Assembly (NCBI RefSeq): GCF_006345805.1
Contig: NC_043011.1
Location: 48,000,464-48,064,463 of the forward strand
DNA from: Octopus sinensis
Taxonomy: Eukaryota
DNA length: 64,000 nt
Direction: 5' to 3'
The notes under the pieces are model-generated. The model had not been told where the DNA came from. It made no database searches and saw only the letters and a program-made list of their open reading frames with translations. A program made the translations under genes and the position numbers. Each line of letters opens with the position of its first letter. Within the stretch, counting starts at the first letter, position 1. Below are positions 24,661 to 37,519 of this stretch, piece by piece.

Positions 24661-24984
24661 TTCCTCGTATTCCTTCCCACCTCCTATTCCTCCACCCTGC
24701 ACACTGCTTTCTCCCATCCCCTCCATCTCCACCCCCACATGCGCTTCTTTCTATATGAGCAGCGTTTCATTCATAATGTCTTGATTTGAAATATATGAAC
24801 ATTTCTCATGTTTATCAGCAATCTCTTGGTACTGACGATGGAATTGTGATACTTACGGTGTAATGTGTGTGTGTGTGTATTGATGCATACATATCTTTAT
24901 GCTTGTAGGTTTATATGTGTTTATATGTGTGCATATGCACACGCGCACACACGCGCACACACACACTAATATACATATACACAA

Positions 24985-25139
24985 ATGTGGCTGTGTGGTT
25001 AGAAGCTTGCTTCCCAACCACATGGTTCTGGGTTCTGTACCATTGTGTGGCACCTTGGGCAGGTGTCTTCTGCTAAAGCCTTGGGTTGACCAAAGCTTTG
25101 CGAGTGGATTTGGTAGATGGAAACTGAGAGAAGTCCATC

Positions 25140-25142
<3 letters not shown>
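24985..25142 (+). mobile_element. SINE family A, 5' half ending in the TA tract
   Basis: Head and body to GAAGTCCATCG-(TA)n. Confidence 0.85.
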
Positions 25143-25181
<39 letters not shown>

Positions 25182-26139
25182 CAAAAGAAAAAACAGGATG
25201 CCAAGGATCTTGTGGTACATATGTTTCTGGCTTTATTGAGCAATTTATATCAATGCATAATTGATATAACATGTAGGTCAACAGCCTTCTTCAGTGGCGT
25301 ACAATTACCACACCAAAGACATACATTACATTATAGCAGGTTTGAGAGGAATTTTGGGGAAAAAAACGAGTTACATTGATAAATATATCCTATCACCTAC
25401 ACCACTAGCTGGCATATACAGGTGCTTACAGTTATCAAGTATTCACCCTGAATTTTTTGTATATTTATATATATATATATATATATATGAAGATAACCGT
25501 GGTTTAATACATTCAGATAAGGTAAGAGAAGAAATGGAGTAACATGTAGCAAATAGAAGATAATCATTAGTATTCAATGATCATAGTTTAATTATGGTCA
25601 AGATAACATTGACAGCTGTTTCTGTTCGTTATTTTTGAGGTAAACTTGCATTTTATCTTGTTCCATGTAACAAACATAATCAGAATGATTTGAAGTTTAC
25701 CAGAGGAATATTGATTGACAGGAGATCAAAGGTTGACAGGAGGAAAAAGGAAAGGAAGAGAAATAGGAAAAAAGGAAAAGGACAAGGTTCCTTAGACCTT
25801 TAGGCTTACATTTTTGTGTCCTTAAAAGATATCATGTGCGTGTGTACTGTTGCTTCAAGTAGACGAATGGAGCAGAGAGTAGGTAAAATGACCAGTTGAC
25901 CAGTGGTGTTACTCGAAAGAGTTATACCCACTTGTAATATCTAGTACCATTAATTGTACCAAATAATGCTATTTGAGTCCACTAGATAAGTCACTATGAT
26001 TGCAAATAATGCGCGAATTAAAGTTTAAGTGCAATATACGGTATAAATCTGGGCTACATAAATAGGTATAATAAATAAGTAAAGTGTTGTTATGTGTGGC
26101 CAGGGTTTACTACTCATTAATATAATTAAAACAAATCAG

Positions 26140-26990
26140 AATCGATCAGAATCGAATCGATCAGGAATTGCGGATTTGCTACCAGTGCCGGTGGCATTTC
26201 GAAACTCTGCTTGTGAAGACCCATTGAGGCAAGTGAGGTCAGAATCGAAATCGATCAATGGAAATCGATCATGGAAAATTGCGGATGTGCTACCAGTGCC
26301 GGTGCTGTCGAAACTCTGCTTGTGAAGACCCATTGAGGCAAGTGAGGATCAGAATCGAAATCGATCAATCGAAATCGATCATGGAAATCGATCAATGGAA
26401 ATTGCGGATGTGCTACCAGTGCCGGTTGGCATGTCGAAACTCTGCTTGTGAAGACCCATTGAGGCAATGAGGATCAGAATCGAAATCGATCATGGAATCG
26501 ATCAATGAAATTGCAGATGTGGTTACCAGTGCCGGGGGCATGTCGAAACTCTGCTTGTGAAGACCCATTGAGGCAAGTGAGGATCAGAATCGAAATCGAT
26601 CAATGGAAATCGATCAATGAAATTGCAGATGTGTTACCAGTGCCGGTGGCATGTCGAAACTCTGCTTGTGAAGACCCATTGAGGCAAGTGAGGATCAGAA
26701 TCGGAAATCGATCAATGGAAATCGATCAATGGAAATTGCAGATGTGTTACCAGTGCCTGTTGGCATGTCGAAACTCTGCTTGTGAAGACCCTTGAGGCAA
26801 GTGAGGATCAGAATCGAAATCGATCAATGGAAATCAATCAATGGAAATTGCGGATGTGCCTACCAGTGCTGGTGGCATGTCGAAACTCTGCTTGTGAAGA
26901 CCATTGAGGCAAGTGAGGATCAGAATCGAAATCGATCAATGGAAATCGATCATGGAAATTGCAGATGGTTACCAGTGCCGGTGGCATGTA
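26140..26990. repeat. ~110-125-bp tandem repeat, ~8 units, with an AATCGATCAATGG subrepeat
   Basis: ACCAGTGCCGGTGGCATGTCGAAACTCTGCTTGTGAAGACCCATTGAGGCAAGTGAGGATCAGAATCGAAATCGATC. Confidence 0.95.
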
Positions 26991-27327
26991 AGAGAACTTT
27001 CCGGTTCGCGAACGTTGCCAGCACCGCCCCCGTTTCGTGTCCATTGCCAGCCTCGCCTGGCCCTCGTGGCCGGTGGCACATAAAAACCACCATTCCGTTC
27101 GTGGCCGTTTGCCAGCTCTGTCTGGCACCATTGCGGGTGGCCCGTAAAAATCACCACTACACTCACGGATTGGTTGGCGTTTAGGAAGGAGCATCCAGTC
27201 CGTAAAAACACTGCCCGATTTGACTGGGCCTTATGTAGCCTTCTGGCTTCACAGACCCCAGTAGAACCTTCCAACCCTGCTAGCATGGAACACGGACGCT
27301 AAATGATTATTATGATGATGATGATGA
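26970..27327 (+). mobile_element. Family D retroposon 3' part with (GAT)n tail
   Basis: CACTACACTCACGGATTGGTTGGCGTTTAGGAAGGAGCATCCAG...GACGCTAAATGATTATTATGATGATG. Confidence 0.8.
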
Positions 27328-27479
27328 ACTTGACTAGAATAGGGTAAATCGCTCATTTAATTGTATATATGTTTATGGCAGTGCTAGTAATTAGTATTTT
27401 AGTCAGTGATCTAACTTAATGTGAACATATTAACAGGAATTGTAGCTCAGGGTGTACATCATGCATCTAAGGTAAATAA

Positions 27480-27894
27480 GGTGCAGGAGTGGCTGTGTGG
27501 TTAGTAGCTTGCTTACCAACCACGTGGTTGTAGGTTCAGTCCCACTGCGTAGCACCTTGGGCATGTGTCTTCTACTATAGCCTCAGGCCAACCAAAGCCT
27601 TGTGAGTGGATCTGGTAGATGGAAACTGAAAGAAGCTCGTCATATATATGTATATATATATATATGTGTGTGCATGTGTGTGGTTGTGTGTCTGTGTTTG
27701 TCCACTCCAACATCACTGGACAACCGATGCTGGTGTGTTTATGTCCCTGTAACTTAGCGGTTGGGCATAAGAGACCAAGAGAATAAGTACTAGGCTTACA
27801 AAGAATAAGTCTTGGGGTCAATTTGCTTGACTAAAAGGCAGTGCTCCAGCATGGCCGCAGTCAAACGACTGAAACAAGTAAAAGAGTAAAAGAG
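27480..27894 (+). mobile_element. SINE family A, full length
   Basis: GGTGCAGGAGTGGCTGTGTGG ... GTAAAAGAGTAAAAGAG. Confidence 0.93.
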
Positions 27895-28354
27895 TAATTC
27901 AGTTAGTCGAAGTAAATTGAATATAATTATGGTCTATGATATTATGGCGTACTGTATGGTAAGGAGGAGGGTTAAAGGGAGCTAATCAGAAGTTAGACAT
28001 AGCTAATAAACAGAAATGTAAGGTAGGTGTAAGCAGTGTTTAGAGAACAAGAATTTATCTTTATATAAGCATGCTATGTTTTTCTCGGTTCGTTTATTAA
28101 GCAATTCTGATTTGGCCATTAAAATGAAGAATTTCTCATTTATGCATAAATTGCAGCATTTATTTTTAAGGTTGAACGAAAATGTTTTGGCTAGGATGCA
28201 CAATTCTAATCTATAATTAATGTTATTATCTCTAAGTTCTCAGATGTAACTGCTTAATCCTGTAGAGTTAGCTGTAAATGTTATCTTAACCATAATTAAA
28301 CTGTGATCATTCAATACTAATGATCAACTTCTAATTGTTACATTTCTTCTTTTA

Positions 28355-28405
<51 letters not shown>

Positions 28406-28410
28406 GGGGA

Positions 28411-28650
28411 AAGTAAAAAGAAACCAAAAAAATGCACACTAGATATAAAAGTAATGGCTTTTTTCTTTATAAAAACGAAATGATTTGAGGTAGAATTAAG
28501 ACGTATAAAAATCGTTAGCGCACAATAATTATTTTTATACTTTTTAATTCCACCTCAAATCATTTATTTGTATGTATGTATCTTTGTTTTTATATAAAAA
28601 AAAGCCATTTCTTTTATACCGAGTGTACATTTTCTTTCTTTCTTTTTACT
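28411..28650. repeat. Diverged fold-back inverted repeat between (TA)n tracts (18-nt loop)
   Basis: 28411-28512 versus 28531-28650: GTAAAAAGAA...AATGGCTTTT...ATGATTTGAGGT...GTATAAAAAT mirrored, with one ~20-bp indel. Confidence 0.85.
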
Positions 28651-28945
28651 TTGACATCTATATATATATATACATATAAGAAATTAAAGACACTTTACAT
28701 AGTTTTAATATAATTTTTCATATATCTTATATTGTGTTTGTTGACCGGTTTCACTTTCACTAATCATGACATTGAAATTTATTTAAATATGTATTTTCTT
28801 AAGAAAAATTGTTTTTGTCCATGTTGAGCGTGGAGTATATGAATGAATGATTCAACAAGTCGAAAAATCTAAGGGGAGGTAATTGGCTATCGTTATTATT
28901 GTGGACAGGGAAGATAATTGTTCATCTTTTGGTGTTGGGGCTGGA

Positions 28946-28976
<31 letters not shown>

Positions 28977-29269
28977 CACACAAAACTTCAAAACCTAGAG
29001 TACTGGGGGAAATATGTACACTGATGAGTATGTAACTGAGAACTTAAAATATGTATAGAGATCAAGGTTGGTTATGAGTGCATATTTAGTCATGTTCCGT
29101 ATTTTTCGATGAATAAAATTTCTTTATTTAAACGTTCTTGTAAGAAATTGTATCTTTGCACGATAACAGAGGTCATTGTCACTCTGTGCCAAGCAGTTTC
29201 ACTCTGTGTGATTTTGCTTCACTACTATGGCAACAGTCCGGATACTTATTGATCAGACCGCATGTGTGT

Positions 29270-29485
29270 GTGTGTATTTCTTTGTGTTTGCATTTGTCCC
29301 CAACACTCCTTGACAATCAGTGTTGGCGTGTTTACATCCTCATGACTTAGTGGTTCAGCCAAAAGAGACCAATAGAATAAGTACCAGGGTTTTTAAAAAA
29401 ATTATAAGTACGGGGTCAATTCATTTAACTAAACAGCTTTCAAGGTGGTGCCCCAGCATGGACACAGTCTAATGATTAAAACATA
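29270..29485 (+). mobile_element. SINE family A-related, degenerate 3' half
   Basis: TTGTCCCCAACACTCCTTGACAATC...GAATAAGTACCAGG...GGTGCCCCAGCATGG. Confidence 0.72.
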
Positions 29486-29495
29486 TAGATAAAGA

Positions 29496-29803
29496 CGTCG
29501 CCCTTTTCAAGCCTAGCCAGGCTCATGGGCCCGGTTTCCCGGCTGCTGTAGCTTATATGTTCCCCCCAGCTGGACAGGACGCCAGTCCATCGCAGCGTTA
29601 CTCAAGAAACAGGAAGAGAGAGTGAGAGAAAGTTGTGGCGAAAGAGTACAACAGGGGTCGCCACCACCCCACTTCCGGAGCCTCGTGGAGCTTTTTAAGT
29701 GCTTTCGCTCAATAAACACACACAACACCCGGTCTGGGAATCGAAACCGCGATCCTCCGACTGCAAGTCCGCTGCCCTAACCACTGGACCATTGCGCCTC
29801 CAC
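29496..29803 (-). mobile_element. SINE family C, tail type C2, full length
   Basis: Reverse complement of GTGGAGGCGCAATGGTCCAGTGG...GCTGCGATGGACTGGCGTCCTGTCCAGC...GGGCCCATGAGCCTGGCTAGG. Confidence 0.9.
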
Positions 29804-29854
29804 AAAACATATAGAAGACACACATATATACAAAGGGTGGTAGAGAGAGGAGGT

Positions 29855-30054
29855 AACGAAATGCTTAGCGGTATTTCGTCTGCCGTTACGTTGTGAGTTC
29901 AAATTCCGCCGAGGTTGACTTTGCCTTTCATCCTTTTGGGGTCGATTAAATAAGTACCAATTACGCACTGGGGTCGATGTAATCGACTTAATCCGTTTGT
30001 CTGTCCTTGTTTGTCCCCTCTGTGTTTAGCCCCTTGTGGGTAGTAAAGAAATAG
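29855..30054 (+). mobile_element. SINE family B, slightly 5'-truncated
   Basis: CGAAATGCTTAGCGGTATTTCGTCTGCC...GTAAAGAAATAG. Confidence 0.92.
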
Positions 30055-30256
30055 GTAAATATGTGGAATTCCATAATATAAAATAAACTTTTTACTTTTT
30101 TGAATTTTGTTTCATTTAATCTTATTATATGCTTAAATTTTTTTTTCTATTTGGAAATTAGCATTCATTTCAATATTCTGTATAAATTCCAAGAAATTTG
30201 ATAAAAGTTAAATGATAATTATTGTGTTTGTATGCCATATTTCTTGATATTACACA

Positions 30257-31150
<894 letters not shown>

Positions 31151-32069
31151 TTAGTAGATAAATGTGTGTGAACACTCACATAAACTCATACACACCACAT
31201 ACATTTCCATGCATATGCATATGCCTATAAATATAATTGAAGTAGTACAATTATTGCAGGAAACTAGGCGTCACACTCCAGTCACTATCTATCCATTTCT
31301 TCATTACTCAATGTCAGAATTTCTTCATTTTTTTTTCTTCATAGTCTAATATTTTTCTGTCTATTTTCATTAGAAAAAAATTTTTTTTTTTTTTGCTTTG
31401 TTTAATTTCTTTTGTTTGTCATTAATATTATAATGATCCAACTTAGAAGCCACCTTTTCAATGTTCAAGTTTACAATATTTACTTCTACTCTTTCGATTT
31501 GGGTTATTCGATAGTCATGATTGAGTATTTTATTGTAGAATATGTATAATTTTTTTCTTTTTTTTATCACTCATAATTCTAATTATATTTCTGTCTTTTT
31601 TCGTTATATTCATTTTTTATAAAAATTATGTCACATGTAATTAAGATTATATTAATCCAAACTAGTAGCCTAATTTTTAATCTGTTACTTTACAATCTTT
31701 ATACTGCTATGCTCAATTGTTTTTGGTTTAAATCAGCAATCATCTTTTGCAATCATATTCCTGGAGATATATTTTTTACTTAGTGGTTAATCTAATTTTA
31801 TTTCTGCTTTTTTCCTAGATTTATTAAAAGAAAAATCTCTTTTCCTTATTTTTATGATTGTCACTTCCTAGCTAGACTATTGGTTTTATATTTAGTGTAT
31901 ATATTAATATTTAGATTTGCGCTACATTTTGCTGTATTCTATCAACCATAGTCAGGTATCTTATTCCTCAATATCTTCATGATTCCAGATAGGATTTGAG
32001 CTTGCAAATCTAAGTCTAACATACCGACTGATTATGATTAAACTATGGTGTCAGTATAGATATTGTGAA

Positions 32070-32522
32070 AAAGGCAGCGAGCTGGCAGAAACGTTAGCAT
32101 GCTAGGGGAAATGCTTAGCAGTATTTCATCTGCCACTACGTTCTGAGTTCAAATTCTGCCAAGGCCGACTTTGCCTTTCATACTTTCGGGGTCTATAAAT
32201 TAAGTACAAGTTACACACTGGGGTCGATGTAATCGACTTAATCCTTTTGTCTGTCCTTGTTTGTCTCCTTTATGTTTAGCCCCTTGTGGGCAAAAAAGAA
32301 ATAAGAAACGTTAGCACGCTGGGCGAAATGCTTAGCGGTATTTTGTCTGTTGCTACGTTCTGAGGTCAAATTCCGCCAAGGTCGACTTTGGGTTTTATCC
32401 TTTCGGGGTTGATAAATTAAGTATCAGATGCATACTGGGGTCGATCTAATCAGCTTAATCCCTTTGTCTCTCCTTGTTTGTCCCCTCTATGTTTAGCCAT
32501 TTGTGGGCAATAAAGAAATAAA
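32070..32522 (+). mobile_element. SINE family B, tandem pair
   Basis: Unit 1 32070-32305; unit 2 starts AAACGTTAGCACG straight after the tail. Confidence 0.9.
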
Positions 32523-32533
32523 TATTGTGAACC

Positions 32534-32972
32534 TAGGCACTGGTGTGGCTGTGTGGTAAGAGTCTTGTTTCCCAACCACATGTTTCTGGGTTCAGTTCCA
32601 GTGCATGGCATATTAGTCAAGTGTCTTCTTTGCAAGCCGATCTTCTTCTCAAGCCGATCAAAGCTTTGTGAGTGGGTTTGGTAGACAGAAACTAAAGGAT
32701 GCCTGTTGTATATGTATAAGTATGTATATCTATGTGTGTATAAGTTTCTTTGCGTATGTGTTTGTCCCCCACCACTGCTTGGCAATCTGTGTTGGGTGCT
32801 TACTCTCCGGTAACTTAGCGGTTCGGCAAAAGAGATTGATAGGTTAAGTACCAAGATTTAAAAAAATTAAGTACTGGGTTTGATTAATTCGACTGAAAAT
32901 TGCCCAAGGCCATGCTCCAGTATGGCTGTAGTCATTGGACTGAAATGAGTAAAAGATAAATGATAAAGGATA
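32534..32972 (+). mobile_element. SINE family A, diverged full-length variant
   Basis: GGTGTGGCTGTGTGGTAAG head to GCTCCAGTATGGCTGTAGTC...GTAAAAGATAA tail. Confidence 0.82.
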
Positions 32973-33026
32973 GAGTATATTTAGTTAGTGCAATTAAGTA
33001 GAATGTGAGGAATTTACAGCTAAATA

Positions 33027-33592
33027 TTGTGTTGTCCGAAAAGTTTGTGCCGATTTCTAAAGGAAAGAAAAAAGGTCAATAAATACTTGCTATTACACTT
33101 TTGATTAACCAAATATGAACCATTTTGTTACACAGTGCATCTCCATCTTCCCTTTAACTTGAAAATACCCTCTTCCCAGAATTGAGGTGGCTTCATGGCA
33201 AAGAATTCATCAAGGTATCTTTTTACGTCATCCAAGGAATTGAAATTTTTACCATTGAGACTGTTCTGCAGAGACCTGAATAAGTGGAAATCTGAAGGAG
33301 CAATATCTGGTGAATGTGGAGGGTGGGGTGACACATCCCAGCAGAGCTGCAGCAATTTTTGTCTGGTTCCCAAAGCATCAAGTGCCGAAAATGAACTTTC
33401 TTATCTTCTATTTTAAAGGGTTACAGAATTAACACAGGTTATAGGAACATAAACCTTCCTTCAGAAAAAATAGCTTAAACCATGCTCTAAATGGAGGTGT
33501 AGTCAAATCCTATTTTATGGACTCAACCATGTTCTAAAATAAGTCGAAATGTAAGCTGCTATAAATTGGCATGAACTTTCCGGACAACCCTA
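33027..33592 (-). mobile_element. mariner internal-deletion derivative with both TIRs (mellifera-subfamily-like)
   Basis: TA-flanked TIRs TT(G/A)GGTTGTCCG(G/A)AAAGTT; relic start (M)EDKKVHFRHLML fused to TRQKLLQLCWDVSPHPPHSPDIAPSDFHLFRSLQNSLNGKNF...RW (YSPDLAPSD-type motif). Confidence 0.93.
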
Positions 33593-33985
33593 TAATTTAT
33601 ATCAAGCAAACAAATAAAGGAACAAAAATAAAGAAATCATTCAAGCTCTTAGTGAATCAGCTTGAAATAAATAAATAAATAAATAAATACATAAATAAAT
33701 AAATGAATATGCTTTACTGCCTGCATTGAATACTTTTTTCCATTTCTTCATTGAAACACATACTTTGAAACTCAGAAGGATAAGAAATCTTATGCAGAAA
33801 ATGTCATATTGATTTGAACCATTCACTATTACAAATGTTGTGTCACAAGAGTATGGATGTCATACAAGAGCAGCCATCTTGAATAAATTACTGTACTCTT
33901 TTAATATATGAAAACTGAGCCAGGAAAAATTATTCTAGGCTCAGGCATTTTGTTGATGTTGTTGTTATTGTTGAGCTTGTTACAT

Positions 33986-34393
33986 TTTTACTCTTTTACT
34001 TGTTTCAGTCATTTGGCTGTGGCCATGCTGGAGCACTGCCTTTAGTCGAGTAAATCGACCCCAGGACTTATTCTTTGTAAGCCTAGTACTTATTCTATCA
34101 GTCTCCTTTTGCCAGACCTCTAAGTTATGGGGATGTAAACACACCAGTATCGGTTGTCAAGCGATGTTGGGGGGGGGACAAACTCAGACACACAAACATA
34201 CACACACACATATATACATATACATATATATATACGATGGGCTTCTTTCAGTTTCTGTCTACCAAATTCACTCACCAGGCTTTGGTCGGCCCGAGGCTAT
34301 AGTAGAAGACCCTTGCCCAAGGTGCCATGCAGTGGGACTGAACCTGGAACCATGTGGTTGGTAAACAAGCTACTTACCACACAGCCAATCCTG
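33986..34393 (-). mobile_element. SINE family A, full length
   Basis: Reverse complement is collinear with 27480-27894. Confidence 0.93.
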
Positions 34394-34851
34394 TTAAAAG
34401 ATTTTCAGAGACTAAATTGATAAAATGTAACTAATGAGTAAAATAGAGATAATTAACAGAAATGATGGTTAGAGGGGTTAAATTTGGAAGAAACAGTCTG
34501 GTTTTGAAACGCACATAAAAAAAAAATAATAAAAATAAAAGGAAGCTTGATGATATGTCTATGGAAATTGGATAGTGATTATTAAGACTGAGACAATTGA
34601 CAAGCATAACAATGGGGGGGGGGTTCCAGCAAAATTTGAAAAAAAAAATGGTCTAAAGAAATAAGCAAACATGAAAAAAAAAAACAAATGATGAGAAAAA
34701 ATGTCATTATTGGAGCTTGTTTATCAGGTTGTAAACTTATTACCGAAATGGTCGTAGAATGATAAAATGTGATCAATGTTTAAACATTGTCATAATAGCC
34801 ACAATCTCTAGTGTAGGGAAAACGTTCATCATACATTGCAGCTTTTAAACT

Positions 34852-35403
34852 TTAACCCTTTAGCACTCAGGGTTGAATTGCTGGTGACTAAACTGGCGCT
34901 CCTACCTGTTCCCAACCAGAGCTGGTGAGGTGGATGACTAGATACCCTGATGGATGTAAAACATGATTCATCAAAAGAGCTTCAAAGTTTGTGAGAGCCA
35001 TCAACAGCCATCAAGCTATGGATGTAAACGAAGACAGAAAAATCCAATGCTGAGTAGAGTAAAGTCTCTGCTATAGTGTAGTACTAGACTGTACGACCTG
35101 CATCTGTCTCTGCTGCCTTGTGGGTTACTCTTTGGGTGGGAAAAGGCTACGGGAGACAGAAAATCCCTCAGATGCATACTGTGTAAAGGGCACTGCTACA
35201 GTCTGTCAAATGAAATGCTTATTTGTTCATATTGTTTTGAATTAATCATGCATTATCTCAACACTTTGATATTTTGAAGTGATTGTTTATTTTTAGAACG
35301 ATATTGCAGAGTAAATATGAGAGGCCTGATCTGGCCAGTTTGAACACAAAAACCAATAGAATATTTGGACCAGATTCGGTTAATGGGAATGCTATAGGGT
35401 AAA
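34852..35403. mobile_element. piggyBac-like MITE (F), opposite orientation, interrupted by a ~330-bp unknown insert
   Basis: TTAACCCTTTAGCACTCAG, insert, then CTGTCAAATGAAATGCTTATTTG...AATGCTATAGGGTAAA. Confidence 0.7.
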
Positions 35404-35514
35404 GCTTTGGAATTCGCAGAAGTTAATTGTAATAGAGCAGCTGAGGGGGAATTTTCTGTCTCTGAGAAAGTCCTGAGAGACTGAAGCAAACAAAAATTAT
35501 TTTTATGAGAAATA

Positions 35515-35748
35515 TCTATTTCTTTACTACCCACAAGGGGCTACACACAGAGGGGACAAACAAGGACAGACAAATGGATTAAGTTGATTATATTTACCCC
35601 AGTGGGTAACTGGTACTTATTTAATCGCCCCCGAAAGGATGAAAGGTAAAGTTGACCTCGGTGGAATTCGAACTCTGAATGTAACGGCAGATGAAATACC
35701 GCTAAGTATTTCGCCCGGCGTGCTAACGTTTCTGCCAGTTTGCTGCCT
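35515..35748 (-). mobile_element. SINE family B, full length with 14-bp TSD
   Basis: TTTTATGAGAAATA on both flanks (35501-35514 and ~35749-35762). Confidence 0.92.
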
Positions 35749-36237
35749 TTTTATGAGAAATACCAAAGACAAAAGAAGCATGTTGAGTTTGGACAGGCTC
35801 CGTATCCTGAGTTGAAGAAAGTATTGTTACAGAGAGTCACTGATCAGAGGAGTAGTGGTTAATAATGCAGGTGAGAATGATGACTACTAAGTTCTTTTGA
35901 TTTATACAATAAAACGATCTTAATCTATGGGAGAAAACGAAGACATTCCTGAAAAACACACGATTTCGAAGGTAAACTGCATTCATTTCAAACTCATGTT
36001 TTTGAAGTTAACAAAGCAACAGGATTTACATACTAAACAGGTAAGAAATATGGTTTTAACTCCTATATTTTTCTTTGTTTTCTTTTCTTGGAAGCCATAT
36101 AATTATTATCAAAGAGAGAAAGGCTATTCTTGTGAAGCAATAGAAAATAAATGTCTAGATTTTTCACTTTGGCAATTGTGAGTATTGTAGATAGGAATAA
36201 GTTTAAAGCAAAAAGGAAAAGTTTTGCAGAGAGACAT

Positions 36238-36448
36238 TTAACCCTTTAGTAATTAAGCCAGCCATATCTGGTCAATATGTTCTACCTGGTTTATGCTTAG
36301 ACTGGCCAGGTCTGACCTTTCATACCAACCTTACAATATCATTCTAACAATCAACAGTTACCTTATCAAAATCTTGAAGCTATGCATGATTAATTCAAAA
36401 TAAGTAAGCAATACATTTGACAGAATAATCTGTGTGCTTAAGGGTTAA
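36238..36448. mobile_element. piggyBac-like MITE (F), complete (~210 bp)
   Basis: TTAA-CCCTTTAG ... CTTAAGGG-TTAA. Confidence 0.82.
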
Positions 36449-36924
36449 AGCTTCTAATGGATAAACCTATCACTTTATAATGAGAAAAGATCTGAGTGTA
36501 TGCTAGAAAACCAAAATGTTCTAGAAATTAACCCATCATTTAGAAGGTAAAATAAATGTGTTTCAAGCCTTTCTTTTTTGAAAATTAATAAGTAAAACAG
36601 CATGATTTTCACATTATACAGATATAAAAAAAAGAACTCTTACGTTTTTTTTTTCCTCGTTTTTCTTATCTTCTTGGAAAACACAATATATTTACATGTA
36701 TAGAGTTAAAGTATAATAAAGGCATCAAACAATTAGTAGCTCTTTTGGTTATGCATTAATCCATTAATATTTAAACTGGCAATATGCAACCCAAAATATT
36801 CTACCTGCTTTACAAGCAAACTGACTAGACCTGACCTTTCACACCTACACGACAAAGTTATTTTTAAAATATACAAACACATCATTGAAATCTTGAAGCC
36901 ACAAGATTATGCGTGAGCAATTCA

Positions 36925-36944
36925 AAACAACAACAACAACAACA

Positions 36945-36993
<49 letters not shown>

Positions 36994-37075
36994 CCACCAC
37001 CACCACACCAAAACCACCACCACCACCACCACCACACCACCACCACCACCACACCACCACCACCACCACCATCAT

Positions 37076-37107
<32 letters not shown>

Positions 37108-37145
37108 TCATCATCACCATCATCATCATTATTATTATTATTATT
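36925..37145. repeat. (CAA)/(CAC)/(CAT)/(ATT) compound microsatellite
   Basis: Direct. Confidence 0.95.
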
Positions 37146-37252
37146 TAACATAGGCTCCAGTCTGACCTGGCAGTGTTTCTGCAGCTTGATGCCCTTCCTA
37201 ATGCCAACCACTCCGTGAGTGTAGTGGGTGCTTTTTACGTGCCACCCGCACA
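37143..37252 (-). mobile_element. Family D fragment
   Basis: GATGCCCTTCCTAATGCCAACCACTCCGTGAGTGTAGTGGGTGCTTTTTACGTGCCACC. Confidence 0.8.
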
Positions 37253-37519
37253 GTGAATACATAAGCAATACATATAACAAAGTAACCTGAATACTAAAAG
37301 GTTAAATTGATATATACATCAAATAATGCAGACAAGAACATCATCATTATCATCCTCATCATGCTTGTAATCGTCGTCGATATCACCAGCATCATTGTTT
37401 AATGTCTGTTTTCCATGCTGGTATGGTTAGGAACTGCACCAAATTCCATTGCCTGTTTTGGCATGGTTTCTGCAGTTGGATTCCCTTCTTAGTGTCAACC
37501 TCTTTACAGAAAGTACAAC

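Noticed and set aside
31345-32060. Lys/Asn/Ile-rich minus-strand frames as an old transposon ORF
   Set aside because: Many stops and no recognisable motif; extreme AT content alone explains the composition
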